Origin: Vicugna vicugna
Taxonomy: Eukaryota
Direction of reading: 5' to 3'
DNA length: 64,000 nucleotides
Assembly (NCBI GenBank): GCA_013265495.1
Contig: MU058065.1
Location: 3,015,003 to 3,079,002 of the forward strand
Positions 12,491 to 24,997 of this stretch are shown piece after piece (the first letter of the stretch is position 1; the number at the start of each line of letters is the position of its first letter). The notes beneath the pieces were generated by a model. The model was not told the DNA's origin and did no database searches. It saw only the letters and a program-made list of their open reading frames with translations. Both the position numbers and the translations under genes were made by a program.

Positions 12491-13779
12491 ATAGAAAGAT
12501 AGATGATAGAAAGAAAATGGTGCTGAGTTACTATTCAAAGCCATGTCTGTCTTTCTCAGCCCCCAAAGTCAATGTTCTTTGTACTCTATTGTCTAATTCC
12601 AAATGTGCTGGATTATGGATTTGTTAAATTTTATTCCGTGCAAAATTGTATTGAATGACGTGGTGGATTAATTGGGCTAGTTCCATTAATTCCTGAAGCA
12701 CAAAAAGGAAAATCACCACAATGGATTTTTCCAAGAACACAGTATAAAGCAGAAAAACTCTTTCAGCTTTCCTCCTGGGCAGGACCAGCCATCTCCCCTG
12801 GGAGCCCCCAGCAAGGCAAGAGAAAATTCTCCACGGTGCATTTTGTTTTCTATGTACAATGACTTTTTCCCTCCAATTTTAATTGAAATGGAACATTCCA
12901 AGACCAAGAAAATGTCATGCGTTTGATGATGAGTAAGCTGGACATCATGGGAATGACAGTTACAGGACACAGCTATTTGCCAAAAATGTGACCTGTGGGA
13001 TTTAAGAACCATGTCACACTGCTCCGCGTGATGACTTTTATTTGGATGAGATGAAAGCACCAATTTGGTTTTCTCTTCAGGGAAAAAATGACCAGCGTAT
13101 ACGAGAGCATGTGGGGGCGGGGGTGGGGACATGCAAGTGTGTACGCCCACATGTTCAGAGCCATCGGGAAGGAGGGAAATGTGCCTCCCAACTTGGAGAA
13201 CTCTGGAATTCACTAGAAGAAATAGCCTACTCTCCCTAGCCAACCAAAAAAAGCAAGAGTGACAGGATAATAAAGTGCCCATAATAACAATTAATAATAA
13301 TAATTAAACGCTTTTCCCTGGGAGGAGAGTAAGCCAAGAGGACTTACCACTTTTGAAGACAAGTTACAGAATGTGAATCTCTCCACGTGGGGCACTTACC
13401 GTATTTTCTCATCTTTTTCAAATCCTGCAGAATTGCGTAGTCAAGACAGAAAATAGTAAAGGCCGTAAAATGGAGACCCAGATGGTTCTCCAGATGTGTG
13501 AGTCCATTTTGGGAGAAATCGCACTTGTGAGGACCAATAGAAAGGTCAAACAGGAAGAAAAGTGGTGAAGCTTACATCTTAAATCTGACTTGATTGTGAA
13601 ACATTAATTGAGCACCTGCATGGAAGATACTGGACTAACCTCCATGAAACAGATCACAAACATGATCCTCAACAATTAGTTGTTCATTGTTAAAAATCCA
13701 GTCTCATAAGCAGAAAATTATCTTGATTTGAATAGTCAATTAAATAAGCCATACAGAAAGTTCTAGATGGAAGGTTGAA

Positions 13780-14710
13780 TAGGTTTAACTCCTTCCCCCT
13801 CCTGAGTTCATTAAAATGGTAGCCAGAAAATTTAAGTGGACATAAACCCAACAATAGTAAAGAAAATAAAAGGGAGGATGGTTAATGAAAATTCAACAAA
13901 TGTCTGGAGGAGAGAGAATGGATTAAAGGCATGTTAAAACGAAGATAAGAGGAAATCACAGGCTGGAGTCCATGTGGAAAGGAGTATGTTCCAGAAGAAA
14001 GCTTGTCTATCCTGTCAAACCCTGATGAGGTTCAGAACTCAGAAACAGCAGGAACAACGAAAGTAGTCAAAAGAAGGTGTGTACAAGAAGCAGCTGGAAG
14101 CCAGACAGCATCCCCACCCACCAGGTTCCCGAGTCTAATCCTCAGAGAGTTCTCCTCAAAACAAATCAAATGGCCCCACTGGAAACGTCTCTGCATCCTG
14201 GCATTTAGGATGTCCTCAATTGGCCAAAGGCCTGCAGTTGACAGGTTCTACCCACATACAGGACATTTTTATTGCCTCACTCTTTAATTTGATTGAACAC
14301 AAGGATGATCTGCCATTCAGGAGAGAGACCTTTTTTTTTTTTTAATGACTCCAGCCAGTTTAAAGAAAAATGGGTTAAGACAAGAGCTCCAAAAAAGAAA
14401 ACTTTAATTAGTAATTGCACCCATAAAACAAAAGTAGGAGGTTAAATAAAGATGAAACTCATAGACCAAAATAAGAGCTATTGAAAACTTTAAATGACTG
14501 TAAACAGGAAAATTCATTACAGGAGTTGGAAAATAAAACCCAGATGATTTCCCAGAAATCAGGTCCAAAACACAAGAGATAAAAATATGACAGAAAAATA
14601 ACAGACCTAGAAGACCATGCTATGGATCCAATATCAGACTAACAGGACTTCTAGATAAAGAGAAACAGAGAACATGGGAGAAGAAGAAATTATCAAAGAA
14701 GTAATACAGG
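13780..14710 (+). mobile_element. ancient L1 5'/ORF1-like fragment
   Basis: A-rich, with ORF1-like strings (ggagttggaaaataaa...gatttcccagaaa, atccaatatcagactaacaggacttctaga, gaagaaattatcaaagaagtaataca). Confidence 0.55.
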
Positions 14711-15052
14711 ACGATGAGATGTGGGACTGATCACTAAGGGTTCAGGGGGTAAGAAAAGATGTCACCAAGGAGGGGAGTTTCAGCTCAGCCTGGAAGGATG
14801 TGCAGGATTCTGACCAATGGGGAGAAGCAGAGATCGTCAGGTACAAAGCCCAGTGAGCAAGAATGCAGACCAGGAAAGAAGATGCTTTGTGCCCATGGAA
14901 ACTGCCTAGATTCAGGTTCAACTACCATTTCCCCAGCGTTTCCAGATACTAGTCTAAGCCCCTTTATGCTGTAGCCAGAGGAACCATCACAACCAGCTCA
15001 CAACCCTCATTTATAGATCAGGACACTTTGCCTGGGAGAGAGAAGTGATGCA

Positions 15053-15365
15053 CAGTCAGCCCTCTGTATCCATGGGTTCCACATCCACAAACTCAACCAA
15101 TGACCAATGGAAAATATTTTTTAAAAATTCCAGAAATTTCCAAAAAGCAAAACTTGAGTCTGCTATGTTCCAGCAACTGTTTACACAGCCCTTACATTGT
15201 ATTAGGTACCACGAGTAATCTAGAGATGATTTAAAGTATACAGGAGGGTGCATGTAGGTTAGACGCAAATAGCATGCCATTTTATACAAGGCATTTGAAC
15301 ATCTGTGGATTTTGGTATCTGAGGTGGTCTTGGAACCAATCTCCAAAGATACTGTAGGACAACTG
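15053..15365 (-). mobile_element. MER2 (TcMar-Tigger) MITE nested in a MIR
   Basis: TIRs CAGTCAGCCCTCTGTATC / GATACTGTAGGACAACTG, TA at the right end, internal gtaatctagagatgatttaaagtatac. MIR halves lie at ~15000-15050 and ~15368-15420. Confidence 0.85.
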
Positions 15366-17204
15366 TATCACACAGCTGGTTGGTGCTAGAGCAGAATTCA
15401 CCCACTATGTTATGAGGCCCCAAGTCCATCACTCATTTAACTGGGGAGGAAGAGTCTCACAAGGAAAAAGAGGGCTCTGTGACCAGGAAGGTAAGTGGAG
15501 GATAAATTCTGAAATACCTCAAATATTAAGCAAAGAAATTTAAGTGGTATCATTAAGGCAATAAGAAGCCATTGAAAGTTTTGGAAAAGGGAATGACTTG
15601 GTGAAAATCATCTTTTAGGGAGACTAGGCTGGCCACTGTTGGCCTGTCTGGAAGAAAAGAGACCGATGAAGGACCGATGGTTCCTGCATGAGGAGCTGGG
15701 GCCACACCTGGTGGTGACCCTAGGGAGGGAAGAGTGGGGAAGCGTGTGTCAGTGGGGCTGGGGGAACACGCTGCCATGCCTGCCCTTTAACTATGATACA
15801 TGCCCTAGAAGGCAGAGGTGGGCATTGTCTGTGCCCCACCCAGGTCCCCTTGGCTCCCTTTTTACAAATTTTGTGTCTCCCACTCCGTTTCTTGTGCTTT
15901 TGCTTCCAACAGCCTGCACCTGGGGTTCTTCTTCGGAGCCCAGCCCTTGGCTTCGGGATGGGTTTGCACCCGGGTGCAGATGACGTAAGTTGAGACTCTC
16001 TAGGCGTGCGGCCTCGCCAGCTCTTGTCCAAGACAGATGGGGCGGAGATCTAATAACCTGGCTCACCTACCGTGGCTCCATCTCTGTGGGGGAACTCCCA
16101 GTCCAGGGTCTTTTGTAGGATCCATGGAAGCTTCTTCTATGGAAGAAGCCTAGAAACATGCACACTTGGCTTTCTCTCCTGCTTCTCCTGCTGCTCTTTC
16201 CTGAGGACCTGGGAGCACGTCCTTCATCAGCCACACCTACACAAATCCTCATCTCAATTCTGCTTCTATGCTGAGACCAGGGGGAAAGAGGAAAAGAGCA
16301 GCCCTGAACAGGAGAAGGAGAAGAAATGGGTGGAGATGAGCAGTCAGATCCCCATGTGGGGTGGGATGTAATGTGCCTTGAGGCCACATCCAACCCACTG
16401 AGGCCACCCGAGACCAGATTCAACCCTGCTCCGAGTGATCCTAGAAATGTTCTGATCTGCGAGAGATCTGGAGTCATCTCTCCGTATCACCCTTCCCTAA
16501 GGGGCTCCTCCGAGGGCTGGGCTTTATTGCTCCAGAACCTACCTGCCATGAAGAGGTTTTCCATCCCAGAGTTAAGAAAACTGAAAAAAAAAAAAAAAAA
16601 AAAAGAAGCTTCAGAGTTCAGGAGGCAGCTAGACCTCTGATCTCAATGCACCCATGTTTAGCTCCTCTTTATTCCCTGAAACACACTGGAAGATGGGGTG
16701 CAGGGAGGTATTTCTTTTTTGTATTTCTTGTTTCAGAGCTGGGGGGAAGGGAGGAAGAGCTCTGTTTACATTCTGACCTAAAATGAGATGGATACAGGCA
16801 TCAGACAGGAATTCCGTGGAGGTATGTATCTCAGAACCAAACTATGCCTCTGACCCTGAGAAATGCACATCTTCTCACACTTCGTGATTTAGTTCAGTGG
16901 TGGATTCTGGGGTTCCTTGCTCCGTGGGAAATAGTATTCTCACCCCTGGGGAATTCATTTGCCAAAAGCCTCCTGAGTTCGTCTGGTGCTGAGAAGTCAC
17001 CTCCCACCATCTGACTGCTGGTGTGGTCTTTGACGAGATTGTGCCATTTTATTATTAACACTTACATCATGTTTTAGCCAGAACATCCGTAACAACTATT
17101 TGACTGATTTATTTTATTTCCATGACGTAAAATCAGAACTTAGTCCAACTGGATACTACTTGATATTTAATCGTGAAGTTGGAGATGATGACATTTCCAA
17201 TCAT

Positions 17205-17710
17205 GCAATAATTCACTCAACAAATATTGAGCACCTACTGTGTCCTGGGTCCTGATGCTGGAGATACAAAAGTGAGACCAAAAAATAAGTATGGCCCAGA
17301 TCATGGAGTCATTAGGAGACAAAGGCATTGGGCTAAAAATTATAAACAAGATATGAAATTGTGGTGGTGACAAAAGCTATAAAGGAGGAATATATGGTGC
17401 AATTCCTGTGTGAAAAAGGGAAGTTGGATCTAACTGGGAGCTCAGAAAAGACTTTCCCGAGGAAGTGACACCTGTGTTGGGATTTGAAGGATGAGTTAAC
17501 TAAGTAAAAAGAGGAATGGATGGGAGTCCAAAGAGCTTTCTAGACTACAGCTTAGTGAAGACAAGGGACCAAGAAAAGCCCACTTGGCCAAGTCCTAGAA
17601 CATAGAAAGACTGGCAAGGCAGGTGGGTCATTCTGTGAGAACTGGGACACCAAGCAAAAAGGGACTAAATTCATCACCCTAAGAGCCATGGAATGCCATT
17701 GAAAAGTCTG
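17205..17710 (-). mobile_element. L2 fragment (resumes at ~18280-18420 after the L1)
   Basis: attcactcaacaaatattgagcacctactgtgtcctggg is the reverse L2 3' end. Confidence 0.8.
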
Positions 17711-17714
17711 TAAA

Positions 17715-18270
17715 ACAGGTGTGATTAACCATGCAGTCCACTCCTAGGTGTAAACCCCAGAGAAAAGAAAACATATGTCCACACAAAAACTTATACATAG
17801 ATGTTCACAGCAACATTATTCATAAGAGCCCAAAAGTGGGAGTAACCTAAAGATTCATCAAGTGATGAGCGCGTAAACAAAATCTGGCATATTCATGCAA
17901 TAAAATATTATTCAGCCCCCAAAAGGAAATGAATTACTGATGCATGCTACAACATGGATAAATCTGGAAAATATTACACTAAGTAAAAGAACCCAGTCCC
18001 AAAAGACCACATACTATATGATTATATTTATAGAAAATGTCCAGAATAGAAACATAAAGTAGATCAGTGGTTGCCTTGGGCTGGGAATGTTCAATAATGG
18101 GAGGTCACTGCTAATGGGTATGGGGTTTCTTTTTGGGGTGATGGAAATATTCTTAAAATTAGATTCTGGTGATGTTTGTACTATTCTGTGAATATATTAA
18201 AAAGCATGAATTTTATACTTGAAATGAGTAAAGTGTGTGGTATGTGAATTACATCTCAATACGATTTTTT
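17715..18270 (+). mobile_element. old L1 (L1MB-like) 3' end inserted into L2
   Basis: ccactcctaggtgtaaaccccagagaaaagaaaacatatgtccacacaaaaac...gtatgtgaattacatctcaat. Confidence 0.85.
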
Positions 18271-19892
18271 TTTTAAGTATGATTAGATTAAGGTTTTGGA
18301 AAGATCGGCCTGGTAGCAGTGTGGGAAAAATTAGAAGTGTAAAAACTGAACACAGAAAGACCAGTGAGGAAGCTGTTTTCACGTTCAAGGTACGTGTTGA
18401 TGACAGACTGGCCTACGTGGTGGTAACATTCAGGGCCAGCAGGGTAGCTTGGAAAGGCCCAGCAGCATTAACCAAGAGAGTCTGGGGTCAAGGAGACTGG
18501 AGTTCAGCAAACTAGTTGGCAGTGTGCTTCAGACAGGTTGCCTACGCAGCTGTACCACTTACTCATTTCAGTGCTAGAAGCCTCAGCTCCCTCCTCTGTA
18601 AAACAAGACTAACAAGGACACCCATTTTTGTGGCAGTATCCTGGGAATTAACGCACATCAAATATTTAGCGAATTTCCATACCCATTACCAGTTTCAACA
18701 TCAAGGGCGTGGAGGGGACCGGTGGACATGGGTGTCTTGCTGTGGTGAGTCTGCATCCATCAGCCCCTCCACCTGTGCAAATAGCCTTTCCCGCTGCACC
18801 AGAGTCCTGAGTCTGGTGCAGCGAGAAAGGCCCCCGTGTTTATGCCACTTTGGGAAGACAGGAAGCTGCGTGCGGCTGGTGAACATCAGCGTGCGTGGTG
18901 GACAGCGTCACGGGGCGATGATTCACGGGAGGAGAATGGGTGGCAGACGGTCGCCATCAGCAGCATCGGTTATCCCCACACGGCCCCTGCTGCTTCCCGT
19001 CAAAGCTGCGGAGGAGAGAGGGCAAGCTCCCCGGCGGCAGGGCTGCCTCAAGTTCTACAGAAAATACCTGCGTGAGCCTCTGTTTGATTAATGGTCCTGG
19101 ATTGAGGGTTTTTTTTTTTAACTTATTAGTGAATTCCTGGGAAACAGCAGAACAAAACAATTCCACCGGTGACTCAAAAGGCATATGAAATTATAATTTA
19201 TAATCAGGGGGAAAATGAGGAAGGGAGGAAGGGAAAGAGGGAAGGAGGAAAGGAGAAAATACAGGACCAAAAAACACTTAATTAGATGGTGTCTATAGCG
19301 GCTCACAGGGATGGGCCTGCCAGGGTCATGTTGCTCACCATCTTTGCCCTTGTTCCGTGCATTTTAACCTGGATTAAAGGCTAATTGATGAAAATAAAAC
19401 TGTAGCAAACACTTAACACCTTAGAATATTAGAACAAAGACATATTACACTAAACTTGGTGGAATACAAAGAATCACTAAAGTACCCACATCTTCTGGAT
19501 TTTAAATTTACCCAAGGAGTTACGACATATACATTCAGAACAAAATACCAATTGGATAACTTGCAAAAACTCCAAGGTTTGATCTAGCAGGTCCTGCCTT
19601 AGGGAGCTACCCTATAGTGGGTTTGCACTTATGCACAAAAATGCTAGTAAGGGCTGTTTGTTGTCGCACTGATCCTAGCAGTAGAAACTGGAATAATCTA
19701 AGTACCCAGCAACAAAGAATGATTAAATACATTATAATACATCCATGCTATGGAATACTATGAGGTGGTTAAAAAGATCAATTTATTTATTAATGAGGTC
19801 AACTTAAGCAAACTGACCTAGGAAGATGCTCCATGTACAGTCTCAATGAAAAATGCAAGTTCCAGAACAGACACCAGGGTCCAATTATGTTC

Positions 19893-20252
19893 TGTACTCG
19901 TTTGCTAGGGCTGCTAAAACAAATACTACAGATGGAAGTGTTTAACCAGAAGAATCTATTTTCCTCACAACTCCAGAGGCTGGAAGTCTGAGACCAAGGT
20001 GTTGGCAGGGCTGTTTTTCCTGAGGTCCCTCTCCTTGGCTTGGCTCCTGTGTTCTTCCCTCTGTGTGTGTCTGTGTCCCAACCTCTCCTTATAAGGATAC
20101 CAACCACGTTGGATTAGGGCCCACTCTAAAGACCTCATTTTAATTTAATTACCTCATTAAAGGCCCTGTCTCCAAATATAGTCACATTCTGAGGCACTGG
20201 GGTTAAGGGCTTCAGCCCATGAATTGGGGATGAATATAACTCAGCCCATAGC
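19893..20252 (-). mobile_element. MaLR LTR (MLT1A/B-like) within an old L1 fragment
   Basis: tgctagggctgctaaaacaaatactac...ggctggaagtctgagaccaagg...ggattagggcccac...ctccaaatatagtcacattctgagg. Confidence 0.85.
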
Positions 20253-21106
20253 TGAATTATGTGTTCATGTGTTGATGAGGATTTTCATTTTCATTCTATA
20301 TTTCTGAATTGCTAGAAATTTTATAATGAGTATAAATTCATCTATTATGTCCAATCAGCAATTCACTAAAACCTATTAGGATATTTTTGCAATGTTTATG
20401 TCTGGAGTTATTTTCAAACGAAACTTTTTTTTAAAAAGTGTATCACAGTAGGGATGGGGCCACAGGCCTGGCCTTTAAAGGATGTTTGATGTAATTGTCC
20501 CACAGCGGTGGCTGCTGGCCTTGGGACAGAGAACAAAGATGACAGGGACACACCAGTGCCAAGAACCAGAATCAAAAAAATCAGCCAAAGACAAAAGCAA
20601 AAGGTGAAGGAAAACTGAGCAGCTTTTGGGAAAAAGGTAGGAAGAAAGTACCTCTCTGATTTTCCTTCTCTTGTGGGAGCTGTTTTTAAAGATTAGCAAA
20701 TTATTTACTAACTTCAATGGATGATGATCTGAAAAGCAATACACCACCTGACCTGATACTGATAAAGTTATACCTTGGGGGAGGGGAAGACAGAATAAAT
20801 CTACGGGACATACATGAAAGGTTCAGAAAAGACCTGCTTGGAGCACAAAAGTTCCACAGCAGCCGGCTTGGGGAACATTCAAATAGAGTAATGAAGCAGG
20901 AAATAAAGGGAAAAAATTAGATTAAGTGCATGAAAATAAAGACATTCAGAACAGGGAAGGAATTACCAGAGGGAAACATTTTTTAATGGAAGAATGGAAA
21001 ACAGGGTCAGATACGCAAAATATCACATTATAAAGATAAAACAAACAGAACAAGGCTGATAAGCAAGAATGTAATTGAAGAGAGCCTTCAAAAAATATAC
21101 AAATAC

Positions 21107-21596
21107 AGTTATGGGATGAATTGTGTTCCCCTGACATCCCGCTCCAAAAAAAAAAAAAAGTTATATTGAAGTCCTGGCTCCTAGAACCTCAGGATGGGAC
21201 CTCATTTGGAGACAGCCATTGCAGATGATCAGGTTAAGACGAGGTTGTTAGGGAGGACCTCAATCCAGCATGACCAACTCCTTACAAAAAGGGGAAATTT
21301 GGATACAGAGATACTGGCAAAGGGAAGATGATGTGAAGACACAGGGAGAATGCCACGTGAAGACGGAGGCCAAGGGAGATGCATTTATGTGCCAGGGAAC
21401 ACCGAGGATCACGTGAACCTCCAGAAGCAAAGAGGAGGCAAGGAAGGATTCTCTTCCAGGTGGCAGAGGGAGCCAGGCCTGATGGATACCTTGTTTTCGG
21501 ACTTCTAACCCCCATAAATGTGAGAGAATACATTCCTGTTGTTTTAAGCACCCAATTTGTGGTACTATTTTATGACAGACCTTGGAAACTAATATA
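21107..21596 (+). mobile_element. MaLR solo LTR (MLT1C-like)
   Basis: Full-length LTR with exact 5-bp TSD AATAC (21102-21106 / 21597-21601). Confidence 0.85.
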
Positions 21597-23279
21597 AATA
21601 CAATGAGATTAGAAAATAGAAGGGTTTCTGGGTTATTTCTTTACCAAAACATGAGACAGTTCAAGGCTTTTTTCTCTTAAAAATTATTAATTTTGCCAGG
21701 ATAAGAAAAATAAAAAAGGTTTAAACTATTGATTCCCATAAGCTTGGATTTTTATGAGAGCCAAATTATAAAAAAAAAGTTTTAATAAAGGAAAGCAAGA
21801 TGAGAAAAATAAGTCAGCCACATTTCCAAAACCACCATCATGATAACACATTTCCTTCCAGGCTCTTCTCTATGCAATATACACACAGCGTGCACGCACA
21901 CACACACACACACACACTACACACATAAACACCCTTTTATGACCTGAAGTTCCTGCTGAAATTTTATCCTCACTTTTCTTCCCCTCAAATAATTCATAAT
22001 GAAGTAATCTTCATGGTATAAGAAGTTATATCAATACTTCTCTTGCCCATATAACCAGTCAAATGGGTGCTAGATCTAGCTGTTTATAGATCTTACTGTA
22101 AACTTCACAATGAAGGTCTTTGTGCAGGAACGCTCAACTTATCTCTGGTATTTTCAGAGATTCCTAGAAGTGGAATTAAAGGGCAAAAAAAACAGGAATA
22201 TTTTCAGCCTCTGCTGCATCCTGCTTTCCAAAATAAGACGAGCTATTGATCAACAGAACAAGTTTAAAACGGGCTCTGGCGGCAGCTTGTGACGGTGGCT
22301 GTAGAACGGCAGTCTTTCCCACATTTGCGGAAACTTTTCTCTTTATTTCACGAGGTCTTGCCACTCTTCTCTTGAAGCAGAAATCACTCAGACCCAGAGA
22401 GGTAAGTAAGTGATGGCGGTGTCAGCGCTGCTGCTGAGCAGAGGGCTCTTTTGCAGGGCAGGCCAAGCATGTAGCCCAGGAAGGGAGTGTGCCCTGGGCT
22501 CCCCTGGGATGTACCCAGAGTGGGCGGGAGGCCCGCAGTGGGATGAGTGGCTAAGGGGCCACGAGGCCCAGCTCTCAGCACCCACACCAGGCCTTTCGGG
22601 TACACATTGCAGGGCTATTTTATATATCAGCCCCTCTCCTTCCTGTCCAACCCAGCCTGAGCCCCTCCCATCAGAGCCATTCTCTGATCTCATTCAGGCC
22701 TTTATCTTCAGCATCCTTCTGTTCTCCCACCGAAATGGACATGGAGTGCTTCTTGGGGATGGCAAGGTCCAGAAAAGGGCCGAGCTGCTGACGGAGCGGC
22801 TAGGAAGGGCGTTGGAGCTACAGGCTTTTATGAATAAAATCTTGAAAGCTGGGGCAGCACATTACTTGGACAAGACAGAGGCAAGTTTTTCTTTTTTCCA
22901 TTCCTATTTTGATGAAGAATATGGGACTTTGCAACATTACAGAACAAGTAATTCACTGCTCTTTTCTTGCAATAGCTACATTTTTCCCCCAGAGAGGAGC
23001 TGGGAGTCAGGGGTGGGGACACACACACACCCTCCTCTCTACAAACCCCTTCCCTTGCCTCTCACTTTTAACTTTTTATCTTAAAAAGACAACGGTCGTC
23101 AAGGAAAACTGAAGTGAATGATTTTTAAATTCGACACATTTTATGGTAAAGCACAAACTCTTTAGAGAAAAAACTTGTGATGGTTTAAAATATCAACAGA
23201 TACAAGCCACAAAAACCAGTTTTCTAGGGTCCTCAGTAATTTTGTCAGTTTTTTTCAGATAGTTAAGAGGTCTGAAGCC

Positions 23280-23780
23280 ACAGTTATGAAATCCTATGAC
23301 TGTAAAATACTGAGTCTCTAGGGACTGCCCCCTCCCTTATTCTATGTGGAGAGTTTGTACAAATGGAAGAACAAAACCTTTATGAATGTGAAGAAAATGG
23401 GGAAATCTTTAGCTATAATATACCCTTCAGTCAACATCAAAGAATAAATTCTGGAGAAAACCCACAAGTGTGGTCATCATGGGGAAGCCTTCACTGGCAG
23501 CTTGCCCTTGACAAAACATGAAAGAACTCGCACAGGGGTTCTATGGGAAACCCTGTGAATGCATTGTTGAAAACCCTGTAGCTCATCCCTCTCTGAGCAC
23601 AAGGACACATTTCCAAGAGAATATCTATAAATACACCAAATGTGGAAAGACCTTCACATGAAAAAACTCTTACTAGAGAGAAGCCCTATTCTATACAGGG
23701 AACCCGTGCAGAAGAGGCTTCAGTGTGAGACCCTGTGTTACTGGACAACATGAAGCTCACACAGCAGAATAACCTTTCTT
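23280..23780 (+). pseudogene. decayed tandem C2H2 zinc-finger array (KRAB-ZNF-like fossil)
   Basis: Piecewise translation gives KSYDCK (23289), YECEENGEIFSYNIPFSQHQRINSGENP (23381), HKCGHHGEAFTGSLPLTKHERTRTG (23463), GKPCEC, RTHFQENIYKYTKCGKTFT* (CGKTF at 23641), TREKPY (23672) and CRRGFS...HEAHTAE*P. Frameshifts and stops are present. Confidence 0.8.
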
Positions 23781-24991
23781 CACCAAGAACCAAGGATTAA
23801 GCTAAGAAGGCATCACCACGTGGGAGAAGCTGCTTCTGAATGAACCCCACCAAAGTGAACAGTGTTCAAATGTGTCAATGAAAAAGGGCCCTGATGGTGA
23901 AGGGTTTGCTGAAAAGGGTTTTTAAAAGTCTGAACTGACTAGAAAGATGCACGTAACATTAAATGTGGACACACATACCCATTGTTGTAATTTTAACATT
24001 TTAATCCACTCAAAAACATTCATGAAGGTCTACTCAGTCCCGTTAAGGCACTGGGGCTAGAGGTGATTTCCAACAGATGTGGCCTTGTAGCCTACGAGCC
24101 TGCACGTGGACTGGTTAGAAAGCAACCTGAGAAGTGGGGGTTGCGGCGGGTAGGGGGCAAACCGAAGACAACACGTACAGCTTCCGTCGGGCTAGACAGG
24201 TATACGGCCTGGTTTTTATACAGTTATGTCAGAACCTTCCCGTGACAACAGACCTACCCACCTCATCCTAAAATCACAGGTGTACCTGGTATGGTGGTAA
24301 CATTAAGCTACCTGTGTTTACAATCTGAGCAAAACTAGTGACAGAAATGAGGCACAATCATCTTTCTAAACTGATACGAAACAAACAAAAAACCACACTG
24401 AAGCTGCCAAATGTTGTTACAGTTTTCAAGACCACTACAAAGACCTACTTTTATAAAAGTTCAGGTTAGCAAAGGTAACCAGTTTTGTCAGAAACAACAC
24501 TGAATGGCAGCCAACGGCAGGGCCTGGCAGATCGCCCCCCGCCACAACCCTAGGACTCAACGCTGGCACAAAACCTAGATATTTTGACACTATATTGCTT
24601 ATACCCCACAAATTTTAATGCATTAATAATCTCTAGTCAAGACTTCATGCTAGGTGAATGTTTTAAGTGCAGGAAACCTTTTATCAGCACTGACACAGCA
24701 GACAGCATGGCACCTGCGCCGTCAGAACCCAGAGGAGAGGGAAGGAGGACTCAGGAGGGCTCCAGGCAGGTGAGTTTGGGAGAATGCTACAAAACGGAGC
24801 AGATCAGGAACAGAATTTCTGGGATAAAGTCTCCCTTCAAATGGATTGCTAGGCCAAGAACAATTCCCCTAACTCCTTTTCCAACAAGTATTTCAAGAAT
24901 GTCAATTAAGTTTGACCTCACTACGGAGAGAGCTTGCTTTCTTTAGAAAAACAAAATACTGAGTTTTAATATCAGAAACTTTTTACATATC

Positions 24992-24997
24992 TTTATT
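24992..24997 (-). terminator. distal polyadenylation signal AATAAA
   Basis: Minus strand reads AATAAAgatatgtaaaaagtttctgatATTAAAactcagtattttgtttttct: two hexamers plus a GU/U-rich downstream element. Confidence 0.6.

Noticed and set aside
12713..13282. 189-aa minus-strand ORF
   Set aside because: No recognisable homology or exon structure.
18516..19091. 191-aa ORF
   Set aside because: Starts at TTG inside a MIR and runs through a GC/CpG-rich patch; no protein-like similarity.
22410..23084. Longest ORF in the track (224 aa, + strand), just upstream of the zinc-finger fossil
   Set aside because: Non-ATG first codon, no recognisable domain, and no KRAB-A motif. It is consistent with a chance ORF in GC-rich DNA.
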